64,000 nucleotides of DNA. It comes from Candidatus Aminicenantes bacterium (GTDB lineage: Bacteria; Acidobacteriota; Aminicenantia; Aminicenantales; Saccharicenantaceae). The notes below the pieces were generated by a model. The model saw only the letters and a list, made by a program, of their open reading frames with translations. It did not search any database and was not told the origin of the DNA. The DNA lies in assembly GCA_963813235.1 (NCBI GenBank), contig CAWEYF010000021.1, forward strand, positions 1,587 through 65,586. Direction: 5' to 3'. Below, one piece after another: positions 30,750 through 43,575 of the stretch. The position numbers were made by a program, and so were the translations under genes. Each line of letters starts with the position of its first letter. Positions within the stretch are counted from its first letter, which is position 1.

Positions 30750-31522
30750 TCAACCCTACGATGTCCATGCCGATCTTCATCGTCGTCGGGATCGTCGTCA
30801 TCTACATCCTGAACTCCATCAAGATCCTCAGGGAATACGAGCGCGGCGTCATCTTCCGGCTCGGCCGGGTCCTGCCCAAGCCCAAGGGGCCCGGGATCAT
30901 CCTGGTCTTTTCCCCGATCGACCGCATCGTGAAGATCAGCTTGCGGCTCATCACGATGGACGTCCCGCCCCAGGACGTCATCACCAAAGACAACGTCACG
31001 GTGAAGGTCAACGCCGTCCTCTACTTCCGGGTCATGGACCCGCTCAAGTGCGTGATCGACGTCCAGGATTACCTCTACGCCACGTCCCAGCTCGCCCAAA
31101 CGACGCTGCGGAGCGTCCTCGGCCAGGTCCCCCTCGATGACCTCCTCTCGGAGCGGGACAAGCTGAACGCGCGCCTCCAGGAAATCATCGAACAGCACAC
31201 CGATCCCTGGGGCATCAAGGTCCAGCTCGTGGAGATGAAACAGGTGGACCTGCCGGAGAACATGATCCGGGCCATCGCCAAGCAGGCCGAGGCCGAGCGG
31301 GAACGCCGGGCCAAGGTCATTCACGCCGACGGCGAATTCCAGGCTGCCGGCAAGCTCACCCAGGCCGCCGACATCATCTCCCAGAATCCTCAGGCCCTCC
31401 AGCTCAGGTTCCTCGGGACGCTGACGGAGATCGCGGCCGAGAAGAATTCCACCATCGTCTTCCCCCTGCCGCTTGAGCTGCTCAGAGCGTTCTCGTTCAC
31501 CAAGTCCGAGGATAAGAAATAA
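30746..31522 (+). CDS. SPFH/stomatin (slipin) family protein
   Basis: [19 protein letters not shown] and [10 protein letters not shown] motifs. Confidence 0.93.
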   Translation: MINPTMSMPIFIVVGIVVIYILNSIKILREYERGVIFRLGRVLPKPKGPGIILVFSPIDRIVKISLRLITMDVPPQDVITKDNVTVKVNAVLYFRVMDPLKCVIDVQDYLYATSQLAQTTLRSVLGQVPLDDLLSERDKLNARLQEIIEQHTDPWGIKVQLVEMKQVDLPENMIRAIAKQAEAERERRAKVIHADGEFQAAGKLTQAADIISQNPQALQLRFLGTLTEIAAEKNSTIVFPLPLELLRAFSFTKSEDKK

Positions 31523-31525
31523 CCC

Positions 31526-32155
31526 ATGCGGAACAAGGAATTCAGGGAGGTCCAGGTCTCGAGCTCGGGGCTCGTCTTCATCTTCATCGCCATCCTGGTC
31601 CTGGGGGTGTTCATCTTCCTCCTCGGGATCTCCGTCGGGAAGAAGCAGGTCCGGATGGCCGGGCCGACGACGATCCTCGCCCGGCCGGCGACCGAGACCG
31701 TCTCCGGACAGCCTCCGGCCGTCGTCAAGGACCGGACGCCGGCGGTCGAGCCGGCCCGCGAATCCGAGGTCAAGACGGCCCCGAAAAGCCCGGTCGCGGA
31801 TACGGCCGCGAAGGTTTCGGCCGCCGGGGAAAAACCCGCGCCCCGGACCACGGCGGCGGCACCCGCGACGACAAGACCTGCTGCGTCGAAACCTGCGCCG
31901 CCGGCGCCGTCGGGGTCCTATTATATCCAGATCGGAGCCTTCAACGAAAAGTCCCAGGCGGACACCTTTGCCGCCAGGTTCAAGGGACAAGGCTACCCGG
32001 CGGTCGTCGTGAGCCCCTTCCCCTCGGACAGGAGGCCCACCTATCGTGTGAGACTCGTCGGGTACAGGACGAAGGAACAGGCGTCCCAGGCGATGGCCAA
32101 GTTGAATTCCGGGACGACGAAGAGAACGGGATACTATATCAGGAAAGAAGACTAG
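31526..32155 (+). CDS. SPOR domain protein
   Basis: N-terminal TM, Pro/Ala-rich linker, YYIQIGAF...YRVRL. Confidence 0.85.
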   Translation: MRNKEFREVQVSSSGLVFIFIAILVLGVFIFLLGISVGKKQVRMAGPTTILARPATETVSGQPPAVVKDRTPAVEPARESEVKTAPKSPVADTAAKVSAAGEKPAPRTTAAAPATTRPAASKPAPPAPSGSYYIQIGAFNEKSQADTFAARFKGQGYPAVVVSPFPSDRRPTYRVRLVGYRTKEQASQAMAKLNSGTTKRTGYYIRKED

Positions 32156-32377
32156 TCCTTCGGCGTCGGCGGTATCGTCGACCCTCGAGGTCGGGTCCTG
32201 GTCGAGTCTCCGATCATGACCACGGCGGTGTTGTCGGGCGACATCGTCCCCGTCAAGGAGAGGACATTCTACTCCCGGCACGGGGACGTCCTGGCCTTGG
32301 CCTGCTTGACTTTAAGCTTCATCTTCTTTATTATGAGTCTTTTCAAAAGACCGCAAGGAAGGAAGCGACATGCCTGA
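32156..32377 (+). pseudogene. lnt: C-terminal relic of apolipoprotein N-acyltransferase
   Basis: Translates to SFGVGGIVDPRGRVL...TFYSRHGD plus a TM segment, resembling the Lnt C-terminus. Its stop overlaps the prfB start, as in the common lnt-prfB order. It has no start codon or N-terminal domains. Confidence 0.7.
32306..32334 (+). promoter_or_regulatory. sigma70-like promoter for prfB, inside the lnt relic
   Basis: TTGACT-17 bp-TATTAT. Confidence 0.65.
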
Positions 32378-33498
32378 CAACGAAAGATACTCTGACCTAA
32401 AGCCCGCCGTCGAGGCCGCGTTCGCCAAGTTCCAGGAGCTCCGAGGTTTTCTTTGACCTCGATCGCAAGAGAGCCGAATTCGATTCCCTGAACGCCCAGC
32501 TCGCTTCCCCGGAGGTCTGGCAGGACCAGAAACGGTCCCAATCCCTCCAGCAGTCCAAGAAGAGGCTCGGCCGCGACGTCCAGGACTACGAAAGGATCCG
32601 GGGGAAGAAGGAGGAACTCGAGGTCCTTCTGGAGCTCGCCGGCGAGGGGGAGAACGTGGCGGCGGACATCGCCGCGGCCCTGGCCGGGTTCGAAAAGGAA
32701 CTGGCCGACGCCGAGCTCAGGACCCTCTACTTCGAGGCCGACGACATCCGCAACGCCATCCTGACCGTCCATCCGGGCGCCGGCGGCACCGAGTCCCAGG
32801 ACTGGGCGCAGATCCTGTTCCGGATGTACCTGCGCTACGCCGAGCGCAAGGGATTCAAGGTCGAGGTCCTCGACTCGACACCCGGGGAAGAGGCCGGGCT
32901 TAAGAGCGCCACGGTCCGGATCGAAGGGGACTTCGCCTTCGGCAACCTGAGCCAGGAGACCGGGGTCCACAGGCTGGTCCGCATATCGCCTTTCGACGCC
33001 GCCAAGCGCCGCCATACGTCCTTCGCCGCCATTTTCGTCACCCCCGAGATCGACGAGGACGTCGAGGTCGAGATCAACCCGGACGACTTGAGGATCGACA
33101 CGTACCGGTCGGGGGGCAAGGGCGGCCAGCACGTCAACACAACGGATTCGGCCGTCCGCATCACCCACATCCCGACCGGGATCGTCGTCCAGTGCCAGAA
33201 CGAGCGCTCCCAGCACAAGAACAAGGCCGCGGCCATGAAGGTTCTCAAGTCCCGGCTCTACGATCTCGAGAAGAAGAAGAAGATGGCCAAGGTCGAGAAG
33301 CTCGAGGACAACAAGTCCGAGATCGCCTGGGGCAACCAGATCCGGTCCTACGTCCTCCAGCCCTACCGCATGATCAAGGACACGCGGACGCGAGTCGAGA
33401 CCGGGGACGTCGACAGGGTCCTCGACGGCGACCTCGACGAGTTCATCAAGGCCAGCCTCTTCCTCCGCAAGAAATCCACGCAGGATCAGGCAGGCTAG
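32370..33498 (+). CDS. prfB: Peptide chain release factor 2 (programmed +1 frameshift)
   Basis: ATG 32370, 28 codons, then CTT TGA C at 32451-32457. Downstream frame has GGTESQDW, SPF and GGQ. Confidence 0.96.
32443..32457 (+). promoter_or_regulatory. prfB programmed frameshift site
   Basis: GAGGT-TTT-CTT-TGA-C: internal SD-like sequence, slippery Leu codon and UGA. Confidence 0.92.
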
Positions 33499-33517
33499 GC
33501 TCGCCTCTCGAAGGCGA

Positions 33518-34335
33518 TCAAAGGAATGCCGGAAGGAATGCGTCAACCTCGATCCCGGCTTTATGCCTGTCCCAGATCGCGTCCATCTCGCTCGAGGGCT
33601 CATTTTGCCCAGCTCCTTCCCGGCCGAGCGGAGCTCTTTCTCGAGGGCTCGGAAGCGGCGTACGAACTTCGCGTTGGCCTTGCGGAGGGCGAGTTCGGGG
33701 TTGACGCCGAGCTTCCTGGAGAGGCTGGCCAGGGAGAAGATCAGGTCGCCGAGCTCTTCCTCTATCCCTGCGGCGTTCGCATCGCGGACCGCGGCTTCGA
33801 GCTCACCGATCTCTTCCCGGACCTTGGCCAGGACGCCGTCGGCGTCCGGCCAGTCGAATCCGCAGGCGGCGACCCTCCGGCCGATCAGGAAGGCCGCGAG
33901 GAGGGCCGGGGACGCAGGTCCCTGCTCCTCGAGGACGGAGGGACCGCCCTTTTCCGTCCTCTTCCCTTCCTGCCAGGCATCGGCGACGCCGGCTGCGGAG
34001 AGGTCCCGCGGCTCAGCGAAGACGTGAGGGTGGCGGGCGATCATCTTGGCGTTGACCCGGTCCAGGGCGTCGGTGACGGTGAACGCCCCCTGCTCCTCGT
34101 AGATGCGCGACAGGAAGACGACTTCCATCAGGACGTCCCCGAGCTCCTCGGCCAGCCCGGCGGCGTCGTCGGCCTCGAGGGCGTCGACGGCCTCATAGAC
34201 CTCTTCAAGGAAATGATCCCGGATGTCGAGGGCGGTCCGGGCCTTATCCCACGGGCATCCGCCCGGGCCGCGCAGGGTCCCGAGGATCCCCACCAGCTCA
34301 CCGAATTTCTTACCGGCGCTCCCGACTTCGATCAT
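33518..34335 (-). CDS. mazG: Nucleoside triphosphate pyrophosphohydrolase (frameshift near the C-terminus)
   Basis: LR...GCPWD, EEVYE, EELGD, RHPHVF, GFDW and NAKF.RRF motifs; EMDAIW lies in the shifted frame. Confidence 0.92.
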
Positions 34336-34346
34336 GGCTCATGTCC

Positions 34347-34375
34347 TTGAAATTTCGTTCCGAAAAATGTAAGAT
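34347..34375 (+). promoter_or_regulatory. sigma70-like promoter for the DUF1844-ribF-pyrR operon
   Basis: TTGAAA-17 bp-TAAGAT. Confidence 0.55.
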
Positions 34376-34455
34376 TCGTTCCTGCAAAATAAAATACCCG
34401 AAGTTGCCGCCGAAAACAACCTCGGGCCTGCGGAATACGCCGGGAGGACACCCTC

Positions 34456-34752
34456 ATGGCCAAGAATGAAGAAAAGGAAGGACCGAAGGAATACCTGCCG
34501 CCGCTCGAGTTCGGGTCCCTGGTCTTCCCCTTCTACACCCAAGCCCTCATCAAGCTGGGCCTGATCGAGGACCCCGTCACGAAGACGCCCTCCGAGAACC
34601 TCGAGCTGGGCAAACGGCTCATCGACCTCCTCGACCTGCTCAAGGACCGGACCAAGGGGAACCTGGATGAAGAAGAGGACAAATTCCTCGAAGCCTGCCT
34701 GTCCCAGCTCAAGTTCAACTACCTTCAACGGATGAAGATCGTCAAAACGTGA
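34456..34752 (+). CDS. DUF1844 family protein
   Basis: LG...P, IDLL.LL..RTKGNL..EE motifs. Confidence 0.85.
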   Translation: MAKNEEKEGPKEYLPPLEFGSLVFPFYTQALIKLGLIEDPVTKTPSENLELGKRLIDLLDLLKDRTKGNLDEEEDKFLEACLSQLKFNYLQRMKIVKT

Positions 34753-34756
34753 ACCG

Positions 34757-35731
34757 ATGAAGGTCTTCACCGGATTCGACGGGCTCCCCCGTTTTCGACG
34801 GGGAACCGTGGTCGCCGTAGGGAACTTCGACGGCCTCCACCTCGGCCACCGGAGGATCCTCTCCCGGGTCACCGCCCTCTCCCGGCGGGAGGGCCTCCGG
34901 TCCCTCGTCCTGACGTTCTTCCCCCACCCTGCGAGGGCCCTCGCCGGGCGGGCCGTCCCCCTCGTCCAAACCCTCGACCAACGGCTGGACGGCTTCCGCC
35001 GGGCCGGGATCGAAAGCGTCCTCATCGTCCCCCTCGAGCGGGACCTGTTCGAGCTCTCCGGCGCGGAGTTCTCGACGAAGGTCCTGGCGGAGGCCTTGCG
35101 GGCGCGGGCCGTCGTGGTCGGCGCGAATTTTCGTTTCGGGCGCGGCCGGAAGTGCGGGGCCAAAGACCTCGCGGACCTCGGGCGCGGGTTGGGATTCGCT
35201 GTTCGTGCCGTCCCCCCCGTCGTCGTCGGCGGACGGACCGTCAGCTCCAGCCTCATCCGCCGGCTTCTGGCCCGAGGTGACGTCCTGACGGCCGCCGAGC
35301 TCCTCGGAGAGCCCTACGAGATCGCGGGCCGGGTTGTGCCCGGCCATTCCAGGGGCCGGGACCTGGGCTTCCCGACGGCCAACCTCCTCACGACCAGCGA
35401 GATCCTGCCGCCCGGAGTCTTCCTGACCCTGGCTACGGTCGGCCGCCGCAGCTACCCGTCCCTGACGAATATCGGGGTCAGGCCCACGTTCGGAGGCTAC
35501 CCCCCGGGGGTCGAAACGCATCTGCTGGATTTCGACAGAGACCTCTACGGCCGGATCGTCGGGCTCCGTTTCGTCGGGAAGCTCCGGAACGAGCGCCGCT
35601 TCGCGACCCCCGCGGCCCTGGTCCGACAGGTCTCCAGGGACCTCCGCGCGGCCCGGGCCGCGTTTCTTGACATTTCCGGACGGATGGTGCATGTTCTTGA
35701 TTTCCGGGGAGAAAACCCCGGGCGCGCGTGA
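34757..35731 (+). CDS. ribF: Bifunctional riboflavin kinase/FAD synthetase
   Basis: GNFDGLHLGH, VSSSLIR, GFPTAN, NIGVRPT and ETHLLDF motifs. Confidence 0.95.
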   Translation: MKVFTGFDGLPRFRRGTVVAVGNFDGLHLGHRRILSRVTALSRREGLRSLVLTFFPHPARALAGRAVPLVQTLDQRLDGFRRAGIESVLIVPLERDLFELSGAEFSTKVLAEALRARAVVVGANFRFGRGRKCGAKDLADLGRGLGFAVRAVPPVVVGGRTVSSSLIRRLLARGDVLTAAELLGEPYEIAGRVVPGHSRGRDLGFPTANLLTTSEILPPGVFLTLATVGRRSYPSLTNIGVRPTFGGYPPGVETHLLDFDRDLYGRIVGLRFVGKLRNERRFATPAALVRQVSRDLRAARAAFLDISGRMVHVLDFRGENPGRA

Positions 35732-35745
35732 CGAGGAGCCCCAGG

Positions 35746-36300
35746 ATGGAAAACAAGGTCAAAGCCAGGGTCATGGACGCCAGCAAGATCCGGCGCGTCC
35801 TCTTCCGCATGGCCACGGAGATCGTCGAGCGGAACCGCAGCCTCAAGAACGTGGTCATCGTCGGCATCCGGACCCGGGGGATCGACATCGGCAAACGCAT
35901 CTCCCAGATCATCCGGGAGATGGAGGGCGTGTCCATCCCCGTCGGCGTCTTGGACATCACCCCCTTCCGGGACGACATCCCCGCCTTCGAGGCCAAGCCC
36001 TCGCCTAAGAAGACAAGGATCGAATGGCCCGTCGCCAGGAAGGACGTCCTCCTCGTCGACGACGTCCTTTTCACGGGCCGGACCATCCGGGCCGCGATGG
36101 ACGGGGTCTTCGAGCTGGGGCGCCCGCGGACGGTCCAGCTCCTGGTCCTCGTCGACCGCGGCCACCGCGAACTGCCGATCCGCCCGGATTATGTCGGAAA
36201 GATCCTTCCCACGTCCCGCCGGGAGATCGTCCAGGTCCTGCTCAAGGAAGTGGACGGCCGGGACGAGGTCCTCATCACAGAGCCCGCGAAGCTGGGATAA
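35746..36300 (+). CDS. pyrR: Pyrimidine regulatory protein / uracil phosphoribosyltransferase
   Basis: GIRTRG, LDIT.FRDD, VDDVLFTGRT and DRGHRELPIRPDYVGK motifs. Confidence 0.95.
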   Translation: MENKVKARVMDASKIRRVLFRMATEIVERNRSLKNVVIVGIRTRGIDIGKRISQIIREMEGVSIPVGVLDITPFRDDIPAFEAKPSPKKTRIEWPVARKDVLLVDDVLFTGRTIRAAMDGVFELGRPRTVQLLVLVDRGHRELPIRPDYVGKILPTSRREIVQVLLKEVDGRDEVLITEPAKLG

Positions 36301-36313
36301 GGGGGCCGGGACC

Positions 36314-37602
36314 GTGGGACTCCTGATCAGGAACGGCCGGGTCATCGATCCGGATTCGGGGACCGACGCGATCCTGGACGTTCTCGTCTCCGGAAAGACG
36401 ATCGAGGCCGTAGCCCCCCGCATCGCGCCCGGCGGCCACGATGTGATCGATGCCTCCGGGCTGGTCGTGGCTCCGGGCTTCATCGACATGCACGTCCATC
36501 TCCGCGAGCCGGGCTTCGAAAAAAAAGAGACCATCCGGACGGCCGCCCGGGCGGCCGCCCGCGGAGGGTTCACGACGGTCTGCGGGATGCCCAATACGAA
36601 TCCCGCGAACGACACGCCCGCCGTCACGGAATTCGTCTTGAACGAGGCGCGGAGGAGCGCCGTCGTCAACGTCCTGCCCATCGCCGCCGTTACGCTCGGA
36701 CTCAAGGGTGAGGCCCCGTCCGACTGGGCCGCCCTCGTCCGGGCCGGCGCCGTCGCGTTCTCCGACGACGGCCGGCCCGTGGGAAACGAGGACATCATGC
36801 GGCAGGCCCTCGAAAGCTCGCGGGCCCTGGGAACGCTCGTCATCGACCACTGCGAGGACCTGAGCCTCACGGCGGGAGCCTCGATGAACGAGGGCCCGAC
36901 CTCCCGCCTCCTCGGCCTGCAAGGGCATGCCGGCGGCCGCCGAGGAGGTCATGGTCGCCCGGGACATCCGCCTGGCCGAGGCCCTCGGGACGCGCGTCCA
37001 CATCGCGCACCTGAGCGTCCGGGGAGCCGTCCGGGCCGTGGCCGAAGCCCGGGAGAGAGGCGCGCGCGTCTCGGCGGAAGCCACGCCCCATCATCTGCTC
37101 CTCGACGATTCCCTCCTCGAAAGCCGGGACGCGAGTTTCAAGATGAACCCTCCCCTGAGGAGCGCCCGGGACGTCGCCGCCCTGGTCCAAGCCGTCAGGG
37201 AAGGAGTGGTCGACGTCATCGCCACCGACCATGCCCCCCACGCCGAGGAGGACAAGGCCGCAGGCATCGAAAAGGCCGCCTTCGGCGTCGTGGGGCTCGA
37301 AACGGCCGTCCCGGTCCTCCTGGACCGGCTCGTCCGCCCGAACACCATTTCCCTGAGCCGGTTCATCGCGCTCCTGTCCCTCAATCCCGCCCGGCTCCTG
37401 GGCTTCGGGAGCAAGGGAAGGATCGCCGTCGGGGCCGACGCAGACCTTACGCTCCTCGACCTCGACGCGGAAACGGTCGTCGACCGGACCCGGTTCGAGT
37501 CCCGGAGCCGCAACACGCCATTCAACGGCTGGGTCCTCAGGGGCGCCCCCGCCATGACAATCGTCGGGGGCAGGGTCGTCTACCCTTTCAACCGTCCCAT
37601 GA
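36314..37602 (+). CDS. pyrC: Dihydroorotase (frameshift at about 36920)
   Basis: DMHVHLREPG, MPNT.P, FSDDG, HCED, TPHHL, KMNPPLR, ATDHAPH and SRNTPF motifs. Confidence 0.92.
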
Positions 37603-38336
37603 AAATGAAGCTCGAACGCGTCGAGAAGAAGCTGGGCTACGTCTTCAAGGACGGCAAGCTCCTCGAAAAGGCCCTGACCCACAGCTCGTCCGCCTTTGAA
37701 AGGCCCGGAGCGAAGGATAACGAGCTCCTGGAATTCCTCGGCGACTCGGTCGTGGGACTGGCGGTCGCCCATCATTTTTACGCAGCTTACCCGGGCCTCG
37801 CCGAAGGCGAACTATCCAAGCTGAAGTCTACCGCGTCTTCCACGCTTTCGCTCTCCGATTTCGCCCGCAAGCTCAAGCTCGACAAGGCCTTGCTCCTCGG
37901 GCGGGGCGAGGAAAAGAGCGGCGGGCGGAAGAAGAGGACGATCCTGGCCGGGGTCTTCGAATCGGTCGTCGGGGCGGTCTATCTCGACGGCGGGTTCGAA
38001 GAGGCCCGGTCGTTCGTCGTCAGGGTCCTCGAGTCCTCGTTCCGGCCCATCCGCGAGGAATTCCTGATCAACAACTTCAAGTCGGCCCTCCAGGAGACCT
38101 TCCAGAAGGACGGCCTCCCCTCCCCTTCCTACCGGACGCTGACCGAGAAGGGTCCCGATCACGAAAAGACCTTCGTCGTCGAGGTTTGCGCGGGCGACAG
38201 GGTCCTGGCCAAGTCCAAGGGACGGTCCCGGAAATCCGCCGAACAGGCCGCCGCCCAGAAGGCCCTCAAGTCGATCCTCGGCCGGAAGATGAAGGTCCTG
38301 ACTCCGGAATCGTTCATCGTCGCGAAGAAGGGTTGA
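37599..38336 (+). CDS. rnc: Ribonuclease III
   Basis: ALTHSS, NELLEFLGDSV, EGELSK, FESVVGAVYLDGG and a dsRBD (KSALQE...GPDH). Confidence 0.93.
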   Translation: MKMKLERVEKKLGYVFKDGKLLEKALTHSSSAFERPGAKDNELLEFLGDSVVGLAVAHHFYAAYPGLAEGELSKLKSTASSTLSLSDFARKLKLDKALLLGRGEEKSGGRKKRTILAGVFESVVGAVYLDGGFEEARSFVVRVLESSFRPIREEFLINNFKSALQETFQKDGLPSPSYRTLTEKGPDHEKTFVVEVCAGDRVLAKSKGRSRKSAEQAAAQKALKSILGRKMKVLTPESFIVAKKG

Positions 38337-38341
38337 AGAGC

Positions 38342-38986
38342 ATGCCCCTCTGCCCCAAGTGCGGGAAACGTGTCGCCAAACGGACTTGCCCGGCCCTGGG
38401 AAGCCGGTTGTGCAACCTCTGCTGCGGATTGCTCAGGCTGAAAGAGGTCCATTGTCCAGCTTCCTGCGCCTATCTTGCCCGGCACAAACCCTACCAGGAA
38501 AGACGGCTCATGGAACGGGCTCCCTCCCGGCCCCCGCGGTCCGGCCCGGCGAAGGACGACGTCCTCAAGGACGAGAGGCTGGCATGGCTGGTCCTTCAGC
38601 TCGAAGCACCGGTGGCAATGTTCGCCGAGGGCTCGCCCGCCCTGACGGACGGGCCGGTCCTGCTGGCCCTCGAATACGCCCGGGACAAGATCACCAAGGG
38701 AAAGGGCCTTCTCATCGTCCCCGGGGAAAGCCGCAAGCCCGGCGACGAGCTCGGCGAGGCTGTTTTCGCCGCCTCCGAAAGGGCCCGTTGGGAGGCCCCG
38801 GTCCTCCTGGCCTCCGGGCTGGAGCTTTTCAGCCGGGAGGAAAAGCTCCGCTGTCTGGACAGGATCATCTTATCGGTCCGGCTGTCGGCCAGGCGCGATC
38901 CCGACGGACGGGCCTACGTCATGGACTTGATCGGGCGATTCGCCCGGCTCCGCGGCCTGTCCCGGAAGAACCGCCTCATTCGATAA
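38342..38986 (+). CDS. hypothetical protein with Cys-rich N-terminal putative Zn-binding domain
   Basis: CPKC...CPALG..LCNLCC...CPASCAYL. Confidence 0.7.
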   Translation: MPLCPKCGKRVAKRTCPALGSRLCNLCCGLLRLKEVHCPASCAYLARHKPYQERRLMERAPSRPPRSGPAKDDVLKDERLAWLVLQLEAPVAMFAEGSPALTDGPVLLALEYARDKITKGKGLLIVPGESRKPGDELGEAVFAASERARWEAPVLLASGLELFSREEKLRCLDRIILSVRLSARRDPDGRAYVMDLIGRFARLRGLSRKNRLIR

Positions 38987-39032
38987 GAGCGGGACGTGCG
39001 AGACAAGCGGGCCGTGGGGGACGGGTCCCGGC

Positions 39033-40049
39033 CTATTTGCTCATCAGCTCCGCGACGGGGCGGAGCGATGGGACGTTGGCGCAGACGATCTTGAGGATCG
39101 CCGTGATGGGCACGGAGAGCACCATGCCTGGAATCCCCCAGAGCCAGCCCCAGAAGATGAGGGAAAAAATGACGACGAGGGGGCTGAGGCCCAGCCCCTT
39201 GCCCATGAACCTCGGCTCGAGGAAGTTCCCCATCAGGTTGTCGAGCAGGACAACGATGGCCAGGATGGCCAGACACTTCCAGACGCTCCCGTACTGGAGG
39301 AACGCGATGATGATCGGGACGGCGGTGGCGACCGTCGAGCCGATGTTGGGGATGTAGTTCAGGAGGAAGGCCAGGAACCCGAAGACAACGGCGAACTCGA
39401 CCCCGAAAAGGGCGAGGACGACACCGACGATGATCCCGTTAAGGGCGCAGAAGACGGTTTTGATGGCCAGGTACCTCTCGATCTGGCCGTCGATCTTCTC
39501 GAGTACCCCGGCGATCCTCTTCGCGTGCCCGGGACTGAACGAGCGCTCGATCTTCGCGGCGAGCCTTCCCCGTCCCGACAGGATGAAGACGAGGAAGACG
39601 AGGACGAGGAACAGGGTCGACAGGAAGGAAAAGAACGGGCCGAGGGCCGAGACGGCGATCGAAGCGATCTTTTCGGCGCTGACGGCGTCGAGCAGGGTCG
39701 TGACGTTCCAATGGGCGCCAAGGAATCGGGAGGCCTCGAGCCTCGCGAGAAGGGATTCGATCTGTTTCCCGTATTTGGGGAACTCGGAGGCGAACGCCTT
39801 CCCGCTGGAATAGAAGACCGCGCCGAGCAGATACATCAGGGAGAAGGTCGCCAGAATGAGGACGAGGACGGCCAGGGACTTCGGGAACTTCCGCCTCGTC
39901 AGGAACTCCAGGGCCGGGTTGACGATGTAAGAGATAAAGACGGCCAGGAAGAACGGGAAAAGCACCGGCTTGGCCAGTTTGAGGACGACACCGGCGACGA
40001 CGAGGGCGATGAAGCCCGCCGCCACATTGAGGATCCGGTCACCGTCCAT
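39033..40049 (-). CDS. AI-2E family transporter
   Basis: YLAIKT, LNYIPNIG, LEPRFMG..LGLSP and WGWLWG..GMVLSVP motifs. Confidence 0.9.
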   Translation of the reverse strand: MDGDRILNVAAGFIALVVAGVVLKLAKPVLFPFFLAVFISYIVNPALEFLTRRKFPKSLAVLVLILATFSLMYLLGAVFYSSGKAFASEFPKYGKQIESLLARLEASRFLGAHWNVTTLLDAVSAEKIASIAVSALGPFFSFLSTLFLVLVFLVFILSGRGRLAAKIERSFSPGHAKRIAGVLEKIDGQIERYLAIKTVFCALNGIIVGVVLALFGVEFAVVFGFLAFLLNYIPNIGSTVATAVPIIIAFLQYGSVWKCLAILAIVVLLDNLMGNFLEPRFMGKGLGLSPLVVIFSLIFWGWLWGIPGMVLSVPITAILKIVCANVPSLRPVAELMSK

Positions 40050-40196
40050 CGGAACATTTCTAGCACAAAAGCCGGAAAAAGGGAATGCTCTCCCTCCCCA
40101 TCGCTTCCCGCGATGAGACGGGAGGTCGAATATCCCCCCCCTCTCTCACCCGCACCGGCGATTGACGGGGACGCGGGGAAGCGTAAGATCGGGAGC

Positions 40197-42652
<2,456 letters not shown>

Positions 42653-42656
<4 letters not shown>

Positions 42657-43558
42657 AGATCCTGATCGCCGAGGACGACAAGGTCTCCCTGAGGATCCTG
42701 GAGAAGCACATATCGGGATGGGGATACGACATCATCGTTGCCGGGAACGGCGAAGAGGCCCTGCGAAAGCTCCGGGAAGGCGCCGTCAGGCTGGCCATCC
42801 TCGACTGGATGATGCCGGGGATCAACGGGCTCGAGATCTGCCGCTTCATCCGGCAGGACGGCGGGCCGAAGTACATCTACATCATCATGCTGACCTCGAG
42901 GGACTCGCGTCAAGACATCGTCGAAGGGCTCGAAGCGGGGGCCGACGACTACATGGCCAAGCCGGTGAACTTCCTGGAGCTCCGGGCGCGGATCCAGACG
43001 GGCCGGCGCGTCGTCGAGCTCGAGGACAAGCTCCTGGAATCCAACCGGAAGATGAAGGAGCTGGCCGACCGGGACAACCTGACGAGCCTCTGGAATAGGG
43101 CGAACGTCTTCCAGTTCTTTGAGGAGGAGCTTGACCGGGGACGCCGAGAATCCCGCCCCGTGAGCGTGATCATGATCGATATCGATAATTTCAAGAATAT
43201 CAACGACACCCACGGTCATCTGGCCGGGGACATCGTCCTCATCGAGGTCGCCAAGAGGCTGGAGAGGGGTGTCCGCCCCTATGACAAAGCGGGCCGCTAC
43301 GGCGGCGACGAGATGCTCCTCGTTCTGCCGGGGTGCGGCCTCGCCGAGGCGGGTGGCATAGGTGAGCGCCTCCGGACGTCCATCTCCAGGGAGAAGGTAC
43401 GGACCCCGGCCGGCGATCTCAACGTCACGGTGACGCTCGGCTGCGCCAGCTCGGAACTCGACCCGGACGCCACGGCCGAGGCGCTGGTCGCGGCGAGCGA
43501 CACCGCACTCTACAAGGGCAAGAGCCAGGGGCGGAACCGGGTCGTCGCGGGCGCCTGA
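42653..43558 (+). CDS. REC-GGDEF diguanylate cyclase
   Basis: AEDD, LDWMMP and DDY.AKP receiver; DIDNFKNIND.HGH..GD; RPYD I-site; RYGGDEM. Confidence 0.92.
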
Positions 43559-43575
43559 GGAGACCGGAGGGAGAT

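Noticed and set aside
32269-34335. 688-aa MazG with C-terminal extension
   Set aside because: A frameshift near 33595 runs into the antisense of prfB.
37491-37505. GGTTCGAGTCCC, resembling a tRNA T-arm
   Set aside because: It lies within pyrC coding sequence (RFESRSRN) and has no cloverleaf.
36927-38336. Apparent in-frame dihydroorotase-RNase III fusion
   Set aside because: The junction CGTCCCATGAAAATG becomes a normal ATGA stop/start overlap with one C fewer. Given the indel rate, an artefact is more likely.
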